Source: Collinsella sp.
GTDB lineage: Bacteria > Actinomycetota > Coriobacteriia > Coriobacteriales > Coriobacteriaceae
Assembly (NCBI GenBank): GCA_047247485.1
Contig: JBKTTM010000006.1
Location: 197,246-261,245 of the forward strand
Direction: 5' to 3'
Length of the DNA: 64,000 nucleotides
The notes under the pieces are model-generated. The model ran no database searches and was not told where the DNA came from. It saw nothing but the letters and a program-made list of their open reading frames with translations. The position numbers were made by a program, and so were the translations under genes. Below, piece after piece: positions 40,180 to 52,700 of this stretch. The stretch's first letter is position 1; each line of letters opens with the position of its first letter.

Positions 40180-40231
40180 AGGTGTAGCCTTCGAGTTTGG
40201 ATGGTCAGGGCGAACGAAGATGGCAATTGGG

Positions 40232-40996
40232 TTAGTGGCCCTTAATGGAGTTGAGGAAGTCCTGAGCGCGCTTGGTCTGGGGGTGGTCGAAGAACTCGTC
40301 GGGTGTGCCGGTTTCCACGATCTGGCCGTCGGCCATAAACACGACGCGGTCGGCCACGCGGCGGGCGAAGTTCATCTCGTGCGTGATGACGATCATCGTC
40401 ATGCCCTGCTGGGCCAGACGGACCATGACCTCGAGCACCTCGTTGATCATTTCGGGGTCAAGGGCGCTCGTGGGCTCGTCAAAAAGCATGGCCTTGGGTT
40501 GCATGGCAAGCGAACGTGCGATGGCTACACGCTGTTGCTGGCCGCCCGAGAGCTGTGCGGGCACCTTATCGGCCTGCTCGGCAACGCCCACGCGGCCCAG
40601 CAGGTCCATGGCGCGCTCACGAGCTTCCTCCTTGGAGACGCCCAGCACATCGACCGGTCCCAGCATGACGTTCTGCAGTACGGTCATATGTGCAAACAGG
40701 TTGAACTGCTGAAATACCATGCCCAGCTCGGCACGCATGCGGGCAAGATCCTTGCCTTCCTGCGGCAGGGGCTCACCCTCGATGAGGATCTCGCCCGAGT
40801 CGATGGTTTCCAGGCGGTTGATGGTGCGGCACATGGTCGACTTGCCCGAGCCCGAGGGACCGATCACAACGACGACCTCGCCGCGGTCGACCGAGAGATT
40901 GATGTCGTTGAGGACGTGTAGATCGCCATAGTGCTTATCGACGTGCCTGAGCTCGATCAGCGGCTGATTGCCGGTGGAAGAGGTGCTCTGTGCCAT
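40232..40996 (-). CDS. gluA: Polar amino-acid (glutamate-type) ABC transporter ATP-binding protein
   Basis: GPSGSGKST, LSGGQQQRV and FDEPTSALDPE. Confidence 0.85.
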   Translation of the reverse strand: MAQSTSSTGNQPLIELRHVDKHYGDLHVLNDINLSVDRGEVVVVIGPSGSGKSTMCRTINRLETIDSGEILIEGEPLPQEGKDLARMRAELGMVFQQFNLFAHMTVLQNVMLGPVDVLGVSKEEARERAMDLLGRVGVAEQADKVPAQLSGGQQQRVAIARSLAMQPKAMLFDEPTSALDPEMINEVLEVMVRLAQQGMTMIVITHEMNFARRVADRVVFMADGQIVETGTPDEFFDHPQTKRAQDFLNSIKGH

Positions 40997-41032
40997 GGTG
41001 CTCGGCTCCTTATGACTCGAAATGGTAAAGCG

Positions 41033-41866
41033 TTAGCGGATGATGGTCGCGCCGGTCTTGTGCGAAACGCAGACAGCGGCCTTGTTAATCGCGACGTTGA
41101 TGAGGATGTAGATGACCGCGATCACCAGGTAGACCGATACGAGGGCGTCGTAGTTGGTAATGAGCACGCGGGCATTTTGCATGAGGTCGGGGTAGCTCAC
41201 CACGTAGGCGACGGTGGTGTCTTTGACCACGACCACAAGCTGCGAAATCAAGGACGGAATGATAAACCGAATAGCCTGCGGCAACACGATTTTAAAGGTG
41301 ATTTTGGCCTTGGAGAGACCGAGCGCCTGGGCTGCCTCGACCTGACCGCGCGGCACGGCATTGACGCCGGCGCGGAAAATCTCGGCAAGTACGCCGGCTG
41401 CGGCGAGCGCGACGGGGAGCGTGAGCATCCAAAACGACGGCAGCGCGATTTTGTACTGGGGCAGCACCAAAAAGAAGAAATAGATGAACAGCAGGCTCGG
41501 TACGCCGCGGAAGAAATCGGTGAGCACGCGGCAGACCAACTGCAGCGGCTTAATGTCGCTGGTGCGGCCGAGCATAAGGGCTAAGCCCAGTACCAGCGCG
41601 ATGGCGCCAGCGGTGAGTGCGACTTTAACGGTGCCCTCAAAGCCGGCAAGCAGGAACTTCCAGGTGGTGAGGTGCGTAAAGAAATACCAATAGTGGACCG
41701 AAAGCTGACCGGTCACATAAAAGCGCTGCAGTACCAGGACGGCGAGTGCGGCCACGGCAACAAGCGAGATGGCGGTGCCGATGCGAATCTTGGCGCGCAT
41801 CTTGGGGCCGGGAGCCTCGTAGAGCGCATCGCGCATGGTAAGCGCAGGGGAGGAGTGCTTGCTCAT
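41033..41866 (-). CDS. Polar amino-acid ABC transporter permease
   Basis: EIFRAGVNAVPRGQVEAAQALG EAA loop; KDT motif. Confidence 0.88.
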   Translation of the reverse strand: MSKHSSPALTMRDALYEAPGPKMRAKIRIGTAISLVAVAALAVLVLQRFYVTGQLSVHYWYFFTHLTTWKFLLAGFEGTVKVALTAGAIALVLGLALMLGRTSDIKPLQLVCRVLTDFFRGVPSLLFIYFFFLVLPQYKIALPSFWMLTLPVALAAAGVLAEIFRAGVNAVPRGQVEAAQALGLSKAKITFKIVLPQAIRFIIPSLISQLVVVVKDTTVAYVVSYPDLMQNARVLITNYDALVSVYLVIAVIYILINVAINKAAVCVSHKTGATIIR

Positions 41867-42522
41867 CGGAGGATCCTCACCTTCCTATCGATGTAGTTGC
41901 CAATGTGGCTCACCACAAAGGCCGTGCCCAGGTAGCCGAGCGCCGAGATAAAGAACGCGGCGACGCCGCCGAGCGAGCGCGTGTTGATGTAGCTCACCAC
42001 GCCGGTGAGCTCCTGCGGCTTAAGCGGCACCTGGCTGCCGAGCGCGGTGGTGAGCATGACGGCGATAAAGAGGTTGGTCATGGGCAGCACGCTCGAGCGC
42101 AGTGCCTGCGGAATCACGATCTTGGCGAGGATACGGCTAAAGCTCATGCCCAGCGAGCGGGCGGCTTCCACCTGGCCGACGCCGACGGTGTTGATGCCGC
42201 TCATAAAGTTCTCGGAGCCAAAGGCCGAGCCCAAAAGGACCGTGGCGACGATAACGCAGGTGCGGTAGGGCAGGACGACCTTGAGCGGCGGCAGCGCATA
42301 GACGACGATGATGAGCAGCGCGATGCCGGGGATGTTACGGAAGACCTGGACATATAGGTCGCCAAAGACGCGCAGCGGCTTGAGCGGCGACACGCGCATC
42401 ACGGTGACGGCGACGGCCAGCACCATGGCGATGGCAAACGACTCAAGCGTCATGCCCCAGGTTGCTAGCAGCGCGTCGATATAGTTCTGGCCATAGAGCG
42501 ACCAGAGCTCGAAGAGACTCAT
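41863..42522 (-). CDS. Polar amino-acid ABC transporter permease
   Basis: FRNIP, GQVEAARSLG and IPQA. Confidence 0.88.
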   Translation of the reverse strand: MSLFELWSLYGQNYIDALLATWGMTLESFAIAMVLAVAVTVMRVSPLKPLRVFGDLYVQVFRNIPGIALLIIVVYALPPLKVVLPYRTCVIVATVLLGSAFGSENFMSGINTVGVGQVEAARSLGMSFSRILAKIVIPQALRSSVLPMTNLFIAVMLTTALGSQVPLKPQELTGVVSYINTRSLGGVAAFFISALGYLGTAFVVSHIGNYIDRKVRILR

Positions 42523-42660
42523 GCGGACCTCCCGCCGATAAGGAAAGGGGCTCCCGTGTGTACGGAAGCCCCGACAACTCTGTGAGGAAACAGTTTAGCG
42601 CAATAAAGCGCATCGTGCGTTTCCGTATGGTTTCGTTGCGGCCGTTACCAGGCTCGTTGC

Positions 42661-43656
42661 CTAGGCGCCGATCTCGGGCAGCTCGGGAACATTGGTGTCG
42701 CCCGTGCGGTCGCCGATGCAGATCTGCCACAGTTCGGTCCAGGTGCCGTCGTCCTCGATCTTCTTAAGGAAGTCGTTGACAAAGGCGACACCGTCGGAAT
42801 CGAGCGGCAGGCCGATGCCATAGGGCTCCTTGCTGCCGAAGGGCTTGCCGGCGATCTTATACTTACCGGGCTCGCGGACCAGGGCGCTCTGCTGCATATT
42901 GTTATCGATGACATAGGCGTCAACGCGACCCTGCTGGAGTGCCTGACGGGCTTCCTCGTCGGTCTTGAACTCCTGCTGGCTGGCCTTGGGAGCGAACTCC
43001 TCCAGGATGGCGGGGCCGTTGGAGCCGGACTGGACGGCGACGTTCTTGTCGGCCAGGTCGTCGACGCTCTTAATGTCGTCGTTATCGGCGAGCACCAGGA
43101 TGGCCTGCTGGGTGTAGTAGTAGGGACCGGCAAAGGAGACAAGCTTCTTGCGCTCGTCGGTGATGGTGTAGGTGGCAAAGACGGCGTCGACCTGGCCATT
43201 TTGCAGGACGGACTCGCGCGTGTCCGAGGTCACCTGGGTGATCTCGACCTTGTTCTCGCCCAGAATGTAGTTGGACAGGAGCTGTGCGATACCGGCATCG
43301 AAGCCGCGGGTCTGACCGTCTTTCTCGTTGAGGAGGGAGAAAAGCGTAGAGGTCTGAACGCCGCCGATCTTAAAGACGCCGGCGTCCTTGACGGCCGTGG
43401 CCCAGGTGCTGGCGGCGATGGCATCGTCGTCGGCTTTGGGGCCGTTGTCGACGAGCTTGTCGAATGCCTTAGCGTCGAGCGTGGTGGAAACTTCGGTATC
43501 CTCGGAGCTCTTGGAAGAGCCGGCGGCGGAACCCTTGTCGGCCTCGGCGCTGGTGTCGGAGCAGCCGGCAAGACCAAGGCCGGCGACGGTTGCGAAGGTG
43601 GCGGCAACGAAGCCGCGGCGGTCGAGAACGACCTGCTGGGAGAGGTTCTTGCTCAT
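42661..43656 (-). CDS. Amino-acid ABC transporter substrate-binding lipoprotein with Tat-type signal
   Basis: RRGF twin-arginine motif and LAGC lipobox; YTITDERKKLVSFAGPYY and EPYGIG. Confidence 0.88.
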   Translation of the reverse strand: MSKNLSQQVVLDRRGFVAATFATVAGLGLAGCSDTSAEADKGSAAGSSKSSEDTEVSTTLDAKAFDKLVDNGPKADDDAIAASTWATAVKDAGVFKIGGVQTSTLFSLLNEKDGQTRGFDAGIAQLLSNYILGENKVEITQVTSDTRESVLQNGQVDAVFATYTITDERKKLVSFAGPYYYTQQAILVLADNDDIKSVDDLADKNVAVQSGSNGPAILEEFAPKASQQEFKTDEEARQALQQGRVDAYVIDNNMQQSALVREPGKYKIAGKPFGSKEPYGIGLPLDSDGVAFVNDFLKKIEDDGTWTELWQICIGDRTGDTNVPELPEIGA

Positions 43657-43771
43657 AGGAGAACACCTTTCTCAATAAAATCCCTAGTGGTTGAGTAGAG
43701 TTATACCCCATCCCGCTCAAATGGGTCAACACGAAATAACTCAGAAACATACTTGTCTTATAGGTTATTCT

Positions 43772-43817
43772 ACCTACCAAAAAGGGACAGGTCTTTTTTT
43801 GGTAGGTTTTATCTGGG
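43772..43817 (+). repeat. REP-like palindrome, family A
   Basis: ACCTACCAAAAAGGGACAGGTCTTTTTTTGGTAGGTTTTATCTGGG; a variant lies at 43963-44003. Confidence 0.8.
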
Positions 43818-44035
43818 AAACGTCGGTTATTGCTGCTGAGACGGCGTTTCGCGGACGGGGTGGTCGCTCGCGGCGGTCGCTATAATGGCGGCAGCGCGAC
43901 GCATATATAAGTATGGAGATCGCGTATGAACGGCTATTCGTTTTTCGCGCCGACCGTGACCTAAAACCACCAAAAAAGGGGACAGGCACCTTTGTGGTGG
44001 TTTGGGCTGGTACGGCGGCCGGTCTCGTTGTTTTG

Positions 44036-44170
44036 TCTCAATCTGTAACATCTAGACGAGGAAATGGGTTCTTACTGTTACAGATCGAGATCTTATCCTT
44101 AGGGGGATTCGAATGTCTCAATCTGTAACAGTTAGACGGGAATTCGGGCCCTAGATGTTACAGATTGAGA
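44036..44170. repeat. Tandem double-hairpin repeat with 80-bp period
   Basis: TCTCAATCTGTAACA at 44036 and 44116, each followed 40 bp later by TGTTACAGAT(C/T)GAGA. Confidence 0.8.
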
Positions 44171-44189
44171 TAATCGCGTCGCGAAAATA

Positions 44190-44226
44190 AAAACCTCCGC
44201 AGGGATGCTTCCCTTGCGGAGGTTTT
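44190..44226 (-). terminator. Rho-independent terminator after dxs
   Basis: AAAACCTCCGCAGGG...CCCTTGCGGAGGTTTT directly after the stop codon, with a T-run on the minus strand. Confidence 0.7.
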
Positions 44227-44227
44227 C

Positions 44228-46009
44228 TTACTCGTTGAGTAGTCTCACGGCTTCGGCGGCCATGTTCTCGACCGTCATGCCATTCTGCGCGAGCAGTTCG
44301 TTGGGGTCGTAGCGGTCGGGGAAGCCCTTGGCGATGCCGAAGGTGCGCGTGCGCAACTGCGTGCATGCCAGATAACATGCCACGCGCTCGCCCCAGCCGC
44401 CGTCCAAGATGCCGTCCTCGAGGGTGACGACGACGCGATGCTCGGCGGCAAGGCTGTCGAGGAACTCGCGGTCAAGCTCGGCTGCGAAGCGCGGATTGAC
44501 GAGCGTGGCCTCGATACCGTACTCGGCAGCCAAGCGGTTTGCCACGCGCTCGCCCAGCTCAAAGAAATCGCCGAGCGCGAGCACGGCAACGTCGTGACCC
44601 TGACGCACCACGTTGTAGCGAACGGCGCTGTAGTCGGTGTCCTCAGCGGGCGCCAAATCGGGGCGGCTTACCAGGCCGATGCCCGGTACACGGATCGCCA
44701 CGGGATGCTCGCGATGGTCGAGCGACCAGCTCAGCATGGACAGGTATTCCTCCATGCAGGCCGGCGCTAGGTAGTGCATGTTGGGAAGACCGCCCAGCAT
44801 GGAAATATCAAAGAACGAGAGGTGCGTCTCGGACGTGGTGCCAAAGATTGACGCACCAAACACCAGGATGGTTGCAGGGGCGTCGTTGAGGCACAGGTCG
44901 TGCCACAGCTCGTCGTAGGCGCGCTGCAAAAACGTGCCGTACACACCAAAGACTGGTTTGGCGCCCGAGCGCGCAAGCGCGGTGGCAAAGGTCACGGCGT
45001 GCTCCTCGGCAATGCCCACGTCGACAAACTGCTTGCCGGCGGCAGCGCGAAGCTCGGGTGTAAAGCCCATGATGTAGGGCGTGGCGGCCGTGATGCCCAC
45101 GACCTGCGGATCGCGCTCGATGGCGGCGCTGAGCGCCTCGCCCGTAATGTCGGCATAGGTGCGCGGCGCAGGCTCGCTCGGATGGCCCGGGCAGAGCTTG
45201 CGGCCGGTCGCCATGTCAAAGGGGCCTACGTGATGCCAGCGCTCGGGGTCGTTTTGGGCTGGCTCAAAGCCCTTGCCCTTGGCAGTGGAGACGTGCAGCA
45301 CGATGGGGTGGTCGATGTCGCGCAGCTCCTGCAGCGCGTCGACGAGGGCCAACACATCGTTACCGGCGTCCAGATAGCGGTAGTCGAGCCCCATCGCGCG
45401 GAAAATGTTGCGCTCACAGGTACCGTTGCTGGCGCGCAGCTCGGCCAGATTGCGATAGAGGCCACCGTGGTTTTCGGCAATGGACTGGTCGTTATCGTTG
45501 ACGATGATGATCAGGTTGCTGTCGAGCTCGGCGGCATTGTTAAAGCCCTCAAACGCCAGGCCGCCCGAAAGCGAACCGTCGCCAATAACGGTAATGACGT
45601 TATACGTGTCACCCGCCAGGTCGCGCGCGTGGGCAAGGCCGCAGCCCAAGCTCACCGAGGTCGAGGTATGCCCCATGGCAAACAGGTCGTGCTCGGACTC
45701 GTCGGGATTGGCAAAGCCAGAAGCCTCACCATAACGCTCCGGATCGATATAGGTGTACGCGCGCCCAGTCAGCGCCTTGTGGGCGTAGGTCTGGTGCGAC
45801 ACGTCAAAGACAATTTTGTCGGTGGGGGAGTTAAACACGCGATGGAGCGCGACCGTGAGCTCAACGACGCCCAGGTTGGGGGCAACGTGTCCGCCGACAG
45901 CGGCGGAGCTTTCGAGGATGGCGTGGCGAATCTCGTCGCAGAGCTGCGGGAGCTCGGCGCGATTAAGAGCCTTGACGTCCTCGGGCGTTGTCGTTTGCGT
46001 AAGCAACAT
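44228..46009 (-). CDS. dxs: 1-deoxy-D-xylulose-5-phosphate synthase
   Basis: GGHVAPNLG, FDVSHQTYAHK, GHTSTS, GDGS...NDN TPP motif, DVGIAEEHA and FLQRAYD. Confidence 0.9.
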   Translation of the reverse strand: MLLTQTTTPEDVKALNRAELPQLCDEIRHAILESSAAVGGHVAPNLGVVELTVALHRVFNSPTDKIVFDVSHQTYAHKALTGRAYTYIDPERYGEASGFANPDESEHDLFAMGHTSTSVSLGCGLAHARDLAGDTYNVITVIGDGSLSGGLAFEGFNNAAELDSNLIIIVNDNDQSIAENHGGLYRNLAELRASNGTCERNIFRAMGLDYRYLDAGNDVLALVDALQELRDIDHPIVLHVSTAKGKGFEPAQNDPERWHHVGPFDMATGRKLCPGHPSEPAPRTYADITGEALSAAIERDPQVVGITAATPYIMGFTPELRAAAGKQFVDVGIAEEHAVTFATALARSGAKPVFGVYGTFLQRAYDELWHDLCLNDAPATILVFGASIFGTTSETHLSFFDISMLGGLPNMHYLAPACMEEYLSMLSWSLDHREHPVAIRVPGIGLVSRPDLAPAEDTDYSAVRYNVVRQGHDVAVLALGDFFELGERVANRLAAEYGIEATLVNPRFAAELDREFLDSLAAEHRVVVTLEDGILDGGWGERVACYLACTQLRTRTFGIAKGFPDRYDPNELLAQNGMTVENMAAEAVRLLNE

Positions 46010-46237
46010 CGTTGTGGGTTACTCCATGCGAATCGAGCGCCGGCGCTCCCTCGGCCGGCACAATTGCACAAAACAGTCTCGCACATTTTGGCGTTTGATA
46101 TGTGACGGCGGCGCGGTAATTCGCCAACTGGCGGGGCAAAACGTTTTGTCCGATGCCATACTAGTAAATTCGATGATGATTTTATTCAATGCGTGCAGTC
46201 CGTGGTTTGCCGCCGTGAGCCGCTGGAAGGAGGCAGC

Positions 46238-46795
46238 ATGTCCAGTGCCGTTCGTGCCGAGAAAATCGCGCGCGAGGTCGACGATGCCGCCCGCCAGCTG
46301 GCCCAGGCAGGCCGCTTGGACCTGACGCACGAGTTTATCCAGCATGGTGACGTGACGGTCTATGCACATGTGACTTCGGTAGCGCGGGCGAGCCTGTCCT
46401 TTGCCGAGCGCTTGGGCCGTGCTGGCATTTCGGTCGACCGTGCCTCGCTGCTGCGCGGAGCCCTGTTACACGATTACTTTCTCTACGATTGGCACGACCC
46501 CGACCCGAGCCATCGACTGCACGGATTTCGGCATCCGTTTTTTGCCCTGGCACGTGCGGAGGAAGATTTTGAGCTGACGTCGCGCGAGCGGAATATTATC
46601 GTGCGGCATATGTTTCCGCTGGTGCCGGTGCCGCCGACGTGTCGTGAGGCTTGGATTGTATGCCTGGCAGATAAATGGTGCGCGCTGCGCGAGACGGTCG
46701 CCGGCCGTCTGCCGCGCAAAGACGACGCGAACGATTTGAGCGAGGGCTCGAGCGACGGCTCGAGCAAAGATTCGAGTGAAAAGAGGAGAGGGTAG
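46238..46795 (+). CDS. HD-domain phosphohydrolase
   Basis: QHG..TVYAH, GALLHDYFLYDW, HGFRHP, HMFPL and ADK. Confidence 0.88.
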   Translation: MSSAVRAEKIAREVDDAARQLAQAGRLDLTHEFIQHGDVTVYAHVTSVARASLSFAERLGRAGISVDRASLLRGALLHDYFLYDWHDPDPSHRLHGFRHPFFALARAEEDFELTSRERNIIVRHMFPLVPVPPTCREAWIVCLADKWCALRETVAGRLPRKDDANDLSEGSSDGSSKDSSEKRRG

Positions 46796-46798
46796 ACG

Positions 46799-47988
<1,190 letters not shown>

Positions 47989-48072
47989 TAGGGCAATCTT
48001 TCGCCTGACGGGCGCGCCTCTCTCGGGGCGCGCCCGTTCTCGTCTACAATATCGTGCAGACGAAGGAGAGGC

Positions 48073-48936
48073 ATGCCCATGATCAAGATGTTTGCGAGTG
48101 ACTTAGACGGAACGCTGTTGAATGCCCTGCACGAGGCAGACGGGACCATTCGCCGTGCCATTCGCGAGCTGACCGAGGCCGGCCTGCATGTGGTTCCCGC
48201 GACCGGACGCTCGACGCTGCCGATCGGCGAGCATGGCTTCACAGGTCTGGCACTCGACGCCTGCTGCTCCAACGGATCCATCGTGCGTGACAGCCATGGT
48301 GAGGTGCTCAAGACCTGGACCATCGACCCGCAGGTTACCGAGGAGCTGCTCAAGGCGTTCCCGGACATTTGCTTCGACTGCTCCACGCCCGACGGCATGT
48401 TCTCGAGCGGCTCGTTCGAGATGCACCAGGCGGGTTTTAAGAAGGACAGCCCCATCAAGCGCATCGTGATGCGTGGCATGCGTGCACGTGGCGGGTATCA
48501 CGAGGAACAGTATTTCGACCAGTCGATCGGTGACATCCTGCGCCACGATGTGTGCAAGATCAACTGCCGCGTGACCTCGCCCGAGCTGGAGCGCGACCTT
48601 AAAGCGTATCTTGCCGAGCGCTCGGACCGCGTGGTCAACGCGCCGTTTGATCCGGTGATGTTCGAGATCACGGACGTGGAGTGCAACAAGGGCGAGAGTG
48701 TGGCCTGGCTGGCGGGTTACTACGGTATTGCCGAGGACGAGGTCGCGGTTTACGGCGACGGCGGTAACGACATTGCCATGCTCAAGCGTTTCCGCCACAG
48801 CTACGCCACCAAAAACGCAAGCGATGCAGCTAAGGCCGCCGCGAGCGCGACTATCGGCAGTTGCATGGTCCACGCCGTCCCCAAACACATGCTCGCCACC
48901 ATGCGCAAGCAAAACTCCCGCACCGTCATCGAATAA
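48073..48936 (+). CDS. Cof-type HAD-IIB hydrolase
   Basis: DLDGTLL, ATGR, NKG and GDGGND. Confidence 0.9.
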   Translation: MPMIKMFASDLDGTLLNALHEADGTIRRAIRELTEAGLHVVPATGRSTLPIGEHGFTGLALDACCSNGSIVRDSHGEVLKTWTIDPQVTEELLKAFPDICFDCSTPDGMFSSGSFEMHQAGFKKDSPIKRIVMRGMRARGGYHEEQYFDQSIGDILRHDVCKINCRVTSPELERDLKAYLAERSDRVVNAPFDPVMFEITDVECNKGESVAWLAGYYGIAEDEVAVYGDGGNDIAMLKRFRHSYATKNASDAAKAAASATIGSCMVHAVPKHMLATMRKQNSRTVIE

Positions 48937-48991
48937 TGTGACAAAGGGACTGTCTCTTCGTCACATCCAAAATATTGCCTTTACGTGTTGA

Positions 48992-49006
48992 TGCACACGG
49001 TGTGCA
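48992..49006. promoter_or_regulatory. Palindromic operator candidate for the adjacent TetR regulator
   Basis: TGCACAC-G-GTGTGCA overlapping a TTGATG...TAATACT promoter-like region, about 50 bp upstream of the TetR start. Confidence 0.6.
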
Positions 49007-49057
49007 ATAATACTCGCACTGTGCAATAGCGCACAGGCTGAGTAACAAGGAGGACGC

Positions 49058-49768
49058 TTGTCCCAGCTCGAGAAATGCGATCGCCGGTCCCTTCGCTCGC
49101 AGCGTGCCCTTCGCCAGGCACTTGCCAGCGAGCTTGCCGAAAGCGGCGACCTTTCGCGCATTAACGTCGCGTCGCTCACCGAGCGTGCCGGTCTTACGCG
49201 CCGTACGTTCTATTCGCACTACCGCGATATTCCCGACTTTATCAACCAGATTGAGGACGGCCTGTTGGCTGAGATTCGTGAGCGCGTGGAGCTCATCACC
49301 GCAGCTCAGCTGCCCGATCTTTACCGTAATATCGACGAGCTCGAACCGGCGCCCGGCTCAGTTGAGCTGCTGCGCTATCTTGCGGCAAATCGCGATCTTA
49401 TTGGTGCCCTACTGGGCCCTGGCGGCGACCCCGCCTTCATTAAAAAGATCATCGACACCGCGCGTGAGGCTGTGGTGCCGCGTGCGCAGACGGGCATTTT
49501 GGGCCTGGCGCTGGGCACGTTCTTTGACTACTACGTCACCTACGTCGTGAGTGCCGAGGTCGGCATGATTCAGCGCTGGTTTGAGCGTGGGCTCACCGAA
49601 TCGCCCGAGGCCATGGCGCGCATTATGACGGTGCTCGCTTTTGTGCGCCCTGGTGACCTGTATGGCCAACCCATCGATATCAACGTGCCGGAATACGGCA
49701 TGAAGCTATTGAACCTGCAGCTCGAGGACGCGGCCGACACCGCCGCAACCGTCGAGTCCAACAACTAA
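49058..49768 (+). CDS. TetR/AcrR family transcriptional regulator
   Basis: INVASLTERAGLTRRTFYSHYRD HTH; TTG start after AAGGAGG. Confidence 0.9.
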   Translation: MSQLEKCDRRSLRSQRALRQALASELAESGDLSRINVASLTERAGLTRRTFYSHYRDIPDFINQIEDGLLAEIRERVELITAAQLPDLYRNIDELEPAPGSVELLRYLAANRDLIGALLGPGGDPAFIKKIIDTAREAVVPRAQTGILGLALGTFFDYYVTYVVSAEVGMIQRWFERGLTESPEAMARIMTVLAFVRPGDLYGQPIDINVPEYGMKLLNLQLEDAADTAATVESNN

Positions 49769-49779
49769 GAGGAGAGACA

Positions 49780-52700
49780 ATGAGCAAACTCGTCGAGGGC
49801 ATCAAAGACCGCATGGTCGCTGCTGCACGCGAGGCCGCGCCCGCCGTGGTGGACGCCGCGCAGAAGGCCGCGACCGCGGCTGCCGAGAAAGTTGCCGAGG
49901 CAGTTGCCGATGCCAAGAACGCGGCAGGGGAGACGTCCGTCGCTAGCGAGCCCGCCACCGCCACCGAGCCCGTAGCCGCCGGCCAGGCCCCCGAAGGCGC
50001 GATCTTCAACCCCGAGAACGCCCGCGGCAACCTGCACCTGGGCATCGACGTGGGCTCCACCACCGTTAAACTTGCCGTCCTCAACGACGACAACCAGATC
50101 GTCTACGCCAAGTACCAGCGCCACCACACCGACGTCCGCGCCTGCGCCCGCGACCTGTTCGAGGGCGCTGCGACCGTGCTGCCGACGGCCCAGATGACCT
50201 GCGCCATTACCGGCTCGGGCGGCCTGCTGCTGTCCCAGTGGCTCGACCTGGAGTTTGTCCAGGAGGTCATCGCCAGCAAGCGCGCTGTCGAGACCCTCAT
50301 CCCGGCCACCGATGTCGCCATCGAGCTGGGCGGCGAGGACGCCAAGATCATCTACTTCGACAACGGCATCGAGCAGCGCATGAACGGCACCTGTGCCGGC
50401 GGTACGGGCGCGTTCATCGACCAGATGGCAACCCTGCTGCACACCGACGCCAGCGGCCTTAACGAACTCGCGGCCAACGCCACCACCATCTATCCCATCG
50501 CCAGCCGCTGCGGCGTTTTTGCCAAGACCGACGTCCAGCCGCTGCTCAACGAGGGCGCCCGCCCCGAGGACGTGGCGGCCTCCATCTTCCAAGCCGTCGT
50601 GACCCAGACCATCTCGGGCCTGGCGTGCGGCCGTCCCATTCGCGGCAACGTCGCCTTCCTGGGCGGCCCGCTGCAGTATCTCTCTGAGCTGCGCCACCGC
50701 TTCTACCTCACGCTCAACCTGGACGAAGAGCACCGCATTGTGCCCCAAAACGCTCACCTATTTGTGGCGAGCGGCGCCGCCATGGCGCACGAGTCCAACA
50801 AGCTCAGCACGTTCCCGCAGCTCATCGAGGCCATCGACAGCTTGGGTGACACGCAGGGTGCCGAGGTCGAGCGCCTGGATCCGCTCTTTGCCACCGACGA
50901 GGATTTTGCCGAGTTCAAGACTCGCCACGACACCGAGGTCGTCCCCAAGGGTAAGCTCGACGGCTACACCGGCCGCGTGTTCATCGGTATCGACGCCGGT
51001 TCCACCACCATGAAGGCCGCGCTCGTGGGCGAGGACGGCCAGCTGTTGCACACCTGGTACGGCAACAACAACGGTGACATCCTGGGCACGGCCAAGGTCA
51101 TCATGGCCGATTTCTACAACCACATCCCCGCCGGCTGCACCATCGGCCACGTGACCACCACGGGCTACGGCGAGACACTGCTCATCGAGGCCCTCAAGGC
51201 CGATTCCGGCGAGATCGAGACCGTCGCGCACCTGCGCGGCGCCAAGGCATTCCTGCCCGGCGTCGAGTTTATCCTGGACATTGGCGGCCAGGACATGAAG
51301 TGTCTGCGCGTCAAGGACGGCGTCATCGAGCACATCATGCTCAACGAGGCTTGCTCGTCGGGCTGCGGCAGCTTTATCGAGAGTTTCGCCGTGTCTATGA
51401 ACATGGACGTGCGCGCGTTCGCCGATGCCGCCATCCATGCTAAGGCTCCCGTCGACCTGGGCAGCCGCTGCACGGTCTTTATGAACTCGCGCGTCAAGCA
51501 GGCGCAAAAGGAAGGCGCCACGGTGGGCGACATCGCGGCCGGCCTGTCCTATTCCGTCATCAAGAACGCCCTGTTCAAGGTCATTAAGCTGCGCGACCCC
51601 AAGGAGATCGGCAGCCAGGTGATCGTCCAGGGCGGCACCTTTATGTCCGATGCTACGCTGCGTGCGTTTGAGCAGCTCACCGGCGTTCATGCCGTACGTC
51701 CCGACATCGCCGGCTGCATGGGCGCCTACGGTGCGGCCCTGCTCGCCCGCGATCGCGCCGGCGCCGACGGCACTTCGACCATCCTCTCGGCCGAGGACAT
51801 CGCGCACCTTACCGTGACGCAAAAGCATGTCCGTTGCGGCCGTTGCTCTAACAACTGCCAGCTTACCGTCAACGATTTTGGCGGCGGCAGGCGCTTCATT
51901 ACCGGTAACCGCTGCGAGAAGGGCGCCGGCCACAAAAAGCAGAAGACTGAGGCCCCCAACCTTTTCAAAAAGAAAAACGAGCTGCTCTTTAACCGCGAGA
52001 TCCTGAGTCCCGACGAGGCCCCGCGCGGCACCGTGGGTATCCCGCGCGCACTCAACATGTACGAAAACTACCCCTTCTGGCACGCGTTCTTTACGCGCCT
52101 GGGCTTTAGCGTGCAGCTGTCCGACCAGTCGAGCAAAAAGACCTACCAGGCGGGCATCGAGTCCATGCCGTCCGAGAGCGTGTGCTACCCGGCAAAGATG
52201 AGCCACGGCCATGTGATGAACCTCATCGACCGCGATGTCGACTTCATCTGGATGCCGTGCGTGCGCTGGGAGCGCAAGGAGGATCCGACGGCTGGCAACT
52301 GTTACAACTGCCCCATCGTCATGAGCTACCCCACAGCGCTGGCGCTCAACATCGACGAGATTCGCGAACAGAACATCGAGTTCCTGTATCCGTTTGTGCC
52401 GTATCACGATAAGACCGAGCTTAAGCGCCGTCTGTACCAGGTGCTCGCCGTCGACCGTGTGGCCGATGCGCAAGCCGGTCGCGGTCGCGTGCGCGGTCCC
52501 AAGATCACGCGCTCCGAGGTCGATGCCGCCGTCAACGCTGCTTTTGAGGCCGATGCGCGTTTCCACGAGGATATCCAGACCATGGGCGAGGAGGCTCTTA
52601 AGTGGGTCGAGGACCATGGCGGTCACGGCATCGTGCTCGCCGGTCGTCCCTACCATAACGACCCCGAGATCAACCACGCCCTGCCCGAACTTATCTCGAG

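Noticed and set aside
44036..44170. Possible CRISPR array
   Set aside because: Units alternate in orientation, are only 15 bp and only four in number; no cas genes in the window
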